From Octopus vulgaris (Eukaryota): a DNA stretch of 64,000 nucleotides. Location: assembly GCA_951406725.2 (NCBI GenBank), contig OX597819.1, positions 42,222,001-42,286,000 of the forward strand, in the 5' to 3' direction. The position numbers and the translations under genes were made by a program. Below, piece by piece: positions 54,597-64,000 of this stretch (within the stretch, counting starts at the first letter, position 1; every line of letters begins with the position of its first letter). Under the pieces are notes generated by a model. That model was not told the DNA's origin. It made no database searches and saw only the letters and a program-made list of their open reading frames with translations.

Positions 54597-54952
54597 CGTA
54601 GGGGTGAATGTATGTATACAGCTTGGAGACCACCTGGAATATGTCTGAGTGATACTCGAACCTGTAAAGGGCTTTTCACTCCAATTTGCCGTGGAAAAAT
54701 ATACTTGGTTCAGGCGAAAAGGAATTAAAACACTAATGTGAGCTTAAAGCATTCTCTTTTGGACTGATGGAAGCATTTCGAGCATTTTAGTTTTCTTCAG
54801 TACCAGATACCAAAGAGAAACAACTCTAACTCGTCTAATGAGTCACTGCTTCGATCATCTACTGACGAATGTATGTATGTATGTATGTATTATGAATACA
54901 TGCATCTATCTATCCACCTATCGATATTTCTTTCTTTCTTTCTTTCTATCTT

Positions 54953-54995
<43 letters not shown>

Positions 54996-55088
54996 ATCTA
55001 TCTATCTATCTGTCTGTCTGTCTGTATCCCCCTTTCTCTCTCTCCCTCCCCCCTCTCTTTCTTTCTATATATATATGTATATATATAC

Positions 55089-55143
<55 letters not shown>

Positions 55144-55243
55144 TGCACATGTACATACGGTCATGCTCACATTTATTCAGTTATACATATGTAGTCATAA
55201 ATTCACACACATACACACTCGTTTATGCATGTATGTATGCATG

Positions 55244-55275
<32 letters not shown>

Positions 55276-56266
55276 TGTATGTATGTATGTATGTATGTAT
55301 GTATGTATGTATGTGTGTGTGTGTGTGTATGTATATGTGTGTATGTGTGCGTGTATAAGAAATTAAAATGATAAAAGAATAAGAAATAATGTCTTGAACT
55401 TCCTTAGCTGACAGTTGTTTCTGCTATATGATGCAATGCGCACATAGGGGAATGCTTGTACATCATCCTATGAATTCATTAGAGCTTCAATAATGAAGTG
55501 AAATTCTTTTGGGAAAGCATTGGAGCTTCATTTCTTACGTACGTTTACGCTTTTTCGTTGGGAATGCATTTCGGTGCGTGTATATATTTTTATTTTATCA
55601 GTTTCAGCTCAAAGCTAAGGCCATGTTGGGGCACCGCCGTTTTGCTACACTGTTATTATTGAGAGCTTCCTCTGATATGTGGCATAAGGGCATTTCATAT
55701 TGTTGCCCTCATTTGTGCCTCCTGCCGCGAGATAGTTTCGTCTGGGACTCTCGACAGGAAGAGATCCAGTTTTGATTTGAAAACACCTACATCCACTTTG
55801 TGTAGGTCCCTCAGGCTCTTTGGGAGAATATAATATTAAAAAAATGTGGGCCCCTGAAACTCAGGCTGTTGCAGTATTTGAATATAAATGTAAATGCTTT
55901 TCCAAATGAAATTGCTCATCAGTTTTGAAGCTCCTCAAACAAATGTTATCAATTCACATTTATACCTAATAATCGCTGCTACTTTTGGATATGTTAGTAA
56001 GTATTTAAGTGACAATCGGTTAATACTGGAAATGCAGACTTAGAAGATGACCAGTTAATATGTACTTTAACAATACATCACGTAAGTGGAATAGTAAAGA
56101 TATGCAAAACTTTTCCAAATTTCTGAATGTAATTATTTCCTATTGTTATTTAAAATTCCAGCGAGGAGGCTTTTGTTTGTTTGATAGAAACTAACACGTT
56201 TTTTATAGGAAGAATTCAAATAATTAAGAAACAGAAAATACTTATGTACCCACCACACAGACGCAC

Positions 56267-56315
<49 letters not shown>

Positions 56316-56381
56316 TGTATGCATGTATGTATGCATGTATGTATGTATGTATGTATGTATGTATGTATGTATGTATGTATG

Positions 56382-56428
<47 letters not shown>

Positions 56429-56610
56429 GCATACACACAATTACACATACACACATATACATATGTATTTATATACGTGTGTGTGGCGTGTATGAGCGTG
56501 CGTCTGTGTGTATGTATGCATTTATATTTGTAACTTTTTCTTTCCTTCAGTGTCATCCCAATAATATTTATTGTGGGGAACCCTTTTGTTTTTTATTTGT
56601 ATTTGCTTAC

Positions 56611-56660
<50 letters not shown>

Positions 56661-56733
56661 TTATGTACATACATATATATACATACATACATGCATGCAT
56701 ACATGCATACATATATACATACATACATATATG

Positions 56734-56808
<75 letters not shown>

Positions 56809-57329
56809 CAAATGAAAGACAGAAGATGGAATATACGAGAATATATTATTAATCACAACAATTGTTTCGACACATCAAGCATCGACTCCTTTTGTGGGAC
56901 ACACAAAAACTGGTTCAGGAGTATCCGGTGGTGCAGACGTATCTCGTTGGGTGATAAATAAATAAAAAATCTCGTTAAAATGACAGCTCCAGAATACAAC
57001 TCTTACGTTTTGCAGAGAGAAAAATAGCCAGACAGAGGAAAATTGTTCATATATATAGAAGATCCAAAAATAAAATTGCAGAAGACAAAAAGAGAAACGA
57101 ACACTTAATCCAGTTTGAGTCAGTGTTAGTTGCATGATATATTCAAGTTCGAGTTAGCGTCAAGGTAGACGTTTCAAATCATTGTCTTGCAGAATATGAT
57201 AAATGATAACACTAAAGACGAGTCAAAGACAATAAGATGCGGAATACCGTCACAACATAATAATGGTAATAAGAATATAACAGTACCGACAATAACATAC
57301 AAGTGGACGAGGATTCACATTATAACAGT

Positions 57330-57960
57330 CTAGGACTCTGCTATCCTCTAATGGAATGAGATGGCATATCCGCCGGAGTCTATGAATATAAGCTTCAATG
57401 GTGAATTTGTCAGCATTTTAGAGGATTTCAGAATCAGCTCAGCATCTGGAATATTATGAAGGTGTCGTTGGTGAGACTGCTCTGGGATCTTGTGGTGTCT
57501 GCGGTAGACATTCCAAGTTCCACAGGAGTAAAACGGTATTGAAAGGATACTTGCATTGCGTACTGCAACTTTTAGGGCCTTTTTAAATTCCTTCCTGATC
57601 CCAAATATGTTCTTTGAGGCTGGCGAAAGCATCAGTTGCTTTTCAGATGCGTGAAGCTATTTCATCATCCAGGTAAGAAAATTTGTCAACAACTTTGAGC
57701 ATGTGACCATCGGCATAAATTGCTGGTTCAACATTGGGTGATCCGGGAGACGGTTGATACATTACCACCATTTTGTCGATGTTAATGGTTAACTCAAATG
57801 CCAAAATTTGTGAGAACCTATTCATAAAAGTTGGCAAATATATGAGTGAGTGTGTTGCAAAGATCGTAGACGTCAGTATATAAAGACCGCATATGACATT
57901 CTGAAGGACCTTTTTCTTCGCAGCGAATAATTTTCCAGAGGTTCGGTATTTAATGAATGC
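57330..57960 (-). mobile_element. Decayed RTE LINE RT region
   Basis: FELTINIDK.VVMYQP..LKVVDKFSYL..DEIASRI. Confidence 0.75.
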
Positions 57961-58319
57961 ATATGTCATTGTGCCCCGTCCCAGCGAGCGATACACATAC
58001 ATACATACATACATACATACATACATACATACATACATACATACATACATACATACATACATACATACATTCATACATACGTCAGTCATACCTACCTAGG
58101 CATTTATACATCTATACAGTCACTCCTACTCCCAGATCTCATAGAATTTATCACCCGCAGTTTTATAGTTAACTGTTTTTTTAGTGTGCTTGTTCTCAAC
58201 TGAATCTTCAGATTTTAATCAAGATTTTAATATAGATCCTAAATTACTTTGGGGCAACCTTAATACCTCGTAAGGTATTAAGGTCAGTTTTCATCAAGTA
58301 GACATGTGAATGAAGTGGT

Positions 58320-59310
58320 TTCAGCCTCCAGTATTATATCTTTATGTAGGGCTACATTATCCAAAATAATATTGTTGTTTTTGAGTTGGTAGGGTACTAA
58401 TAGGGAGAAATTTGGTTGCTATTTCTTAAAGATCAAGCGACCACGTAGAATCTCATTTGTTAGTGATTTTTTGGTTATGGTTAATATTATAATAGAAATT
58501 AATGATTAGAGCTATTGCTTTGATCTAATTAGTTGTAACTCCGTGTCGCTTATATCTCGATACAGTGTATCTAGGATTACATTATCTAATGTGATTGTTG
58601 TTGCTGCTGCTGCTGTTGTTGTTGCTGTAGTTATTGTTATTATACATTTATCCTGATCCAGCAGACACATGGTTAAAGGTTTTCAGTTAAATCCATGATG
58701 TTTCATATTCCGATACAGTTTATCTAGGACTACGCAAAGCAAATGCACATTTTCTATTCTATGGTAAAATCGTAATTCCGGACCCCATCCAGCAAAATAT
58801 AACTGGTAATGGTCATTGTTAATAAGATTCAGTCCCTAGGAGAAAGAGATAGGTTTTATTGTTGGGATTTTGTGACGTAACTTGCATTTCGTTCCATCCC
58901 TGGTTCAAATGAAGTCAGGAACCAAAATATTAGTTTTAAGGCGAACAGGTGTGATTTGGAGATGATTTGGCTGTTGTATCTAGCAGCTCATATGACCATT
59001 TAGAGACTGGAGCTGAAAGTGTGAAGTATATTAAATATGTGTGTGTATTTGTGCGTGCGTGTGTGTGTATGTGTGTGTGTGTGTGTGTGTTGTGTCGTCA
59101 AAATGACATATGGAACAGCCCTTTTAGCCCTAAAATCAACCCTGATCTAACGAACCTATGTTGAAAGTTATCTCAGCTCGGATCATTATGTTGTTTTTAG
59201 GGCTTTGCAGGATTTTACATCACCTAATCTCACTGTTCCCTTATATACGACGCTTAATTTAAGGGTAGATTTGGTTGCAGTTTCCAGAAGGTCGATCGTT
59301 GTGGTGATTG
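58320..59310. repeat. Cluster of 3-4 decayed copies of one dispersed repeat
   Basis: Recurring ATTTGG(T/C)TG.T.TTTCT..AG.TC..GACCA (~58410, 58965, 59270) and TATCTAGGA(C/T)TAC (~58568, 58720). Confidence 0.55.
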
Positions 59311-60237
59311 TAGCTTCTGGATACGTTTTTACTTTGATTTCGGCCAACGTAGTATCAATAACGGCTGCTTACGTTGCACATCATGTCACTTGCGATGGCT
59401 GTGGGATTGCATAGGTCTCCATAGGTCTCCGTAGTGCTCCGTAGTTCACCGTTAACGTAAGTCAGTCGTTCGGCGATTTTTCGTACAATATACTTCGTTG
59501 GGTCACTACAAATTGGTGAACTTATCAGATCGGTGACTTTTATGTCAATGCCTGTATTTCACTGGTAGTTATTTCCGGTAAGACCACAGGCAAGGTTGAT
59601 CTCCAAAAGTTAATTACCGTGACTAAACACCTCACGGTATTTTGTTCCACGCTCTGATGGTTCTCACAACTCCAGCGTCGTTCCGGTCACATAACTAAGA
59701 ATCCAAACAGTAACAAAAAGGAGTGACAGTCTGTTAATTCTGAGGGAAGAAATTAATTGAAAACTACGTGTTTTATTATTAACGCAACAGCTAATGTTAA
59801 AATATCATCGTATGACAGTCACCGTGTAATTAATGAAAATAATAATCAGTTTATTTATTTATCCCATGATCCCACACTTTTGTACAAAACGTCTGAGAAA
59901 GGGGATTACATGATGTATAAGGCGAAATAAAAACGTAGTACTTAAGACATCGAAATACGGAAATAAATACGTGTATATATATGTAAAGAAAGAGAGGAGG
60001 TATAAGAATAGGATGAATTAATTTATTTCACTAATGGACATCCATATAACGACGATCCTTTTGCAATCTCTATCGCATACAAACTATTTTAGTGTATGGT
60101 AATAAATTTGGTTAACTGTGGAGTTTGTATCCAGATCCGTTAAAGGGGCATTTTTATGAGTACCACCGGATTAGTTAAATCCATATTTATGTGTATTATA
60201 TATATATTTATATATGTATGTGTGTGTATGTGCGTGC

Positions 60238-60281
<44 letters not shown>

Positions 60282-60450
60282 AAGGTTAGTAGAATTAGAG
60301 GTTGCAATAACCATCTGAGGGATAAAAGTATCCGTTATACTACCGGTATAATTACCTATGTTAACCTTGGACATACATATGCAGGCATATTATGCTCATA
60401 GGTTACAGGCAATGACAAAGATAAACATGAGTTTATCAGGAATCAAATTT

Positions 60451-60607
60451 AAAGTAAACAGAAAATGGAGAAATAATGATTAACAATAATTGACTTACAT
60501 CAATTATTACTTTTTGATTAAATAGTCTATTTGCATTTAATTAAAAAGTGATAACTGATGTTAGTCAATTGTTGTTAATCAATATTTCTCCATTTTCTGT
60601 TTACTTT
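60451..60607. repeat. Near-perfect palindrome with ~72-bp arms and ~12-nt loop
   Basis: AAAGTAAACAGAAAATGGAGAAAT.. versus ..ATTTCTCCATTTTCTGTTTACTTT. Confidence 0.9.
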
Positions 60608-61337
60608 ACTTTATATATATAATACACATTAAGTACAGGACATCACGAACGAGCGAAAAACATGTAAACACACAAGAGATAAGTAGAGGACAAAATACAA
60701 AAAAATACACAATAAGAACTGGACATCAACAGCGAGTGAAAAATACGTAAAAACATGACGAGAGACAAGTACGGGGCAAAATACCAGAAGTGTAACTCTT
60801 CCTCAGTTGTCGACTGTTTATTACTCCTTATTTCGAGCTTTCAACGACAAGATAGGAAAACTTCATAAGACAGCAGCATCTAAAAAATTTTTAAATAAAT
60901 AAAAAATTTGTGGAGAGTTAGGACTTCGAACGAACAAACAGCAACAGAATGGAGATACAGATTAAACAATCGATGAAGACAAATATTAAGAGCCGTTAGA
61001 CCAAGATGCACTGTAATGGGTAACGCCGGGTAGAAATTTTGAAAGGATACAGAATAAAGAGAAGAAAGTAGTAGAAAATATGTCAGGAGGCGAGGGAAAA
61101 AACAGAGGTGGCCTGTAATCACGTGTGAGCCAAGAGGCGGGGGAAAGAGAGGGGATGAGGGAAAGAAATAAAGGGAATGAGGAGAAGGGAGAAGGAACGA
61201 AAGATAGTAGGGAGAGGAAGAAAGACAGACAGACAGGGGACAGGGGACAGTAAAGAACGAGGGGAGAAACGGAAACTAAAGACGATTATAGAGAGATAGA
61301 GAGAAAGAAAGAAAACGGTGATATATATATATATATA

Positions 61338-61721
61338 TCTTCTATAAAATCCTTTCTGTCAGTCTGTCTGTGTGTCTTCTAGGATCTCGGGCATCCTCCA
61401 TCAGATTGCGCTCAAATTTGATATGTAGATACCGACGGTATCAGGGCAGGTAAAAGTCTTGAAAAAATTACAGAAATCGATTCCAGGTGAGAATGCGATC
61501 GATAAAGCCATGGGAACGTGCATTTGTACGCGCAAGTACATCAGCTGTTGCAATCGATATTACGCGTACGCGATAAAAATGCACGGTGTCTCAAATTTAG
61601 GTTAAATCAGTGTTTCTTAAAGGGAAGGCCTATGGGACGGTCGGACAAGTTGTTTTAAGAAAATTTGGTTTAAATGTTTAACAACTCAGCACCGTCCATT
61701 GGATGAGGGTGGCCTTTTGCT

Positions 61722-61723
<2 letters not shown>
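61338..61723 (+). mobile_element. Non-autonomous Helitron-like element
   Basis: A|TC start with TCTTCTATAAAA..TGTCTGTGTGT. Subterminal hairpin CCGTCCA-TT-GGATG. End GCTTG|T (decayed CTAG). Flanked by (TA)n. Confidence 0.5.
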
Positions 61724-61804
<81 letters not shown>

Positions 61805-62307
61805 ATAAATAAAGAAGCATTGGTTATGGAACAAACATTAAATTTGGGTCAACGACTTTACATACAACACCATCCCTCAAACATATATAAAAAACACCAT
61901 TGCCTACAAACACATAAAAAACAATACACACAAAAAACAATACACATACATAAAATAGTAGGATGTAAAAATATATATAATAAAATACAAATAGAACGAC
62001 TTATCAAAAGTTAAATATAACGACTAAACATTTCAAAACTATCAAAAGGCCTAAAAAAGATAGTGTCCACTGACTAAAGAGATTTTATCAAACGATTAAA
62101 ATATTTTTTAAGAATTATTTTAAAAATTAAAAAAAAATACTTGAAAATGTCTTTTACTTCCCTCACACAGGTACGCCCAAAATACATAAGTAAGCAGACT
62201 TCTACAGGTCAAATTCACAACTTGAAAATAGTCTTTTACTCCCCTCACACAAGTACGTTCAAAGTACCAAATAGATAGATATCACAAGTCAATTTCAACA
62301 TTTACAT

Positions 62308-62383
62308 ATATCTATGACCATTTCGGGAGCTCACGACCGCAGTTCATTTACACTCAAGTGACATCCTCATCAGGATAGACATG
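62308..62383 (-). ncRNA. Hammerhead-like motif with extended stem II, in a probable pLTR fragment (~61805-62400)
   Basis: ATGTCTAT-C-CTGATGA-GGA..TCAC..GTGA..TCCC-GAAATG-GTC-ATAGATAT: 8-bp stem I, GUC triplet. Confidence 0.55.
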
Positions 62384-62702
62384 AAACTGCACAGATCAAA
62401 ACTGTTATGAAAAGCTTATACTTTTAATGAAAAGCTTATATAATTTAAGAACCCATCTGCTGACCAGTCCACATTTTCTATAGAAAATAATATATGTCTT
62501 GTCTTGTAAATCTGTTTATGGGAAATGTTTTGAATATGCAAATAAAGCTCCTATTCCACCATGCCGGCCACAGTCTCATGATGCTGACTGTTGAAACAAT
62601 TTTTCAGGGTTGCATAGAGCTGTCCCGATATAATGTATGATAAATATAATAGTAATAACAAAATTCCTTGGATGCATTAAATATTTATAAATCAATCCAA
62701 AG

Positions 62703-62747
<45 letters not shown>

Positions 62748-63340
62748 TACTTTTAATCTGCATGTTTGTTACTGTCACTTGCCAAGACATACCCAGTGTC
62801 CTAGGGCGAGTGAAGGGTAAGATATGTTACAGTATGACTGAAAGCTTGGGGAGGGGAAGTGACAGAGAAAGTAGCGAAATATCTTTATGTAACACAGGCA
62901 CTTCAACTGATAGGGTTTTTCTAAGGATGTGGGCATTACTTGTCAACACAATCTTTTGGATTTCTCTGAGATATGGTTCTCCTGGGATGTTATCTAGATG
63001 CTTCTGACATCACATCGTTCATCATACCTAGGACACCTACAATAGCAGGAACAGTTCTCGCTTTAAGATGTCACACTTTTTGTATTTCAATTTCCAGGGC
63101 CTTATGTTTAATTTGTCAAATTCCTTTATAGATATATTTTTGCCGTGGGAACATTTAATCTATTAGTCTACAAGTATTTTCTTCCCTGTTCTTAATGACT
63201 AAGTCCCATCGAATAGCCTGGATCGTTCCGTCAGTGTTGACTGAAATATTCCAGAAAATAGTGATATTTTTTTACCTTCAACGACTGACACAGGGTGATG
63301 TTTATGCTAGTAAGCAGGAGCACTGATTTTGTAGTACTTA
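62703..63340 (-). mobile_element. R4/Dong-type LINE 3' end with (TAA)n tail or target
   Basis: IFWNISVNTD..DLVIK..VGVLG..HLDNIPG..EIQKIVL..HILRKTLS, then (AAT)n. Confidence 0.75.
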
Positions 63341-63504
63341 CATATTTTCCTATGTAAATACTGTCCTACCCTACCGTTGCAATTTTCGTATTCGCTCGAT
63401 GTCAGTACAGAACATAGCGAGATGAGATGGTCTATTGTTTCGTCAAATGTGTCGCAGAATCTGCATTTAGGGTCATAAACGTTTTGAAGAACGTTAGCTT
63501 GGTA

Positions 63505-63720
<216 letters not shown>

Positions 63721-64000
63721 CTTCCGACGCCGATAGACGTACGTGAATCAGCTCCGTGAATTTGACACCAATTTCATTGGAAATCTATTAATAGGTTTGA
63801 ATATTTTTTAATATTTCTGTAGCCAAACCGACCGGCTTCTTGCGGAGCTCGTCGGTTGGGCGAAATTTTGCCCCATTCGGGGTGAAATTGCGTTTGAAAA
63901 TTTTGAACATTTGACATTTTTCAACATTTTGAATATTACAAAAAAAAAACATGGCTATGAAGCGAACAGTTGGCTGTTCCTTCCTTCAAGATACACTCCC

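Noticed and set aside
60790-60855. Permuted (type II) hammerhead on the minus strand (GCTCGAAA..CTGAGGAAGAG)
   Set aside because: Stem I cannot be formed next to the core, and stem III is poor.
63822-63862. GC-rich hairpin CCGAC-CGGCTTC-TTGC-GGAGCTC-GTCGG as a terminator or Helitron end
   Set aside because: No CTRR end or U-tract, and the context is cut off by the window edge.

Overview
AT-rich eukaryotic DNA packed with microsatellites and transposons. The tRNA-derived SINE families match those known from Octopus (coleoid cephalopod; inference). I recognise only one host-gene exon: the first coding exon of a serotonin-transporter-like SLC6 gene on the minus strand (48285-48462), so 1-48284 is probably one giant intron. 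Almost all other ORFs in the track are microsatellite artefacts or transposon fragments: RTE, CR1, L1/Tx1 and R4/Dong LINEs, mariner DD34D, maT DD37D, hAT, Helitron-like and Tigger-like elements. A young 5'-truncated Penelope-like (Naiad-type) retroelement with ~1-kb inverted arms lies at 23121-26440. The most interesting signal is a set of about 8-10 minimal type I hammerhead-ribozyme motifs carried by Penelope pLTR fragments and small fold-back elements. Their cores vary (CUGAUGA, CUGUCGA, UUGAUGA), and two copies carry the compensatory G3-C8 core GUGAACA. Most are sense to the putative SERT pre-mRNA. Coordinates of degenerate repeats are approximate and no folding or alignment programs were run.
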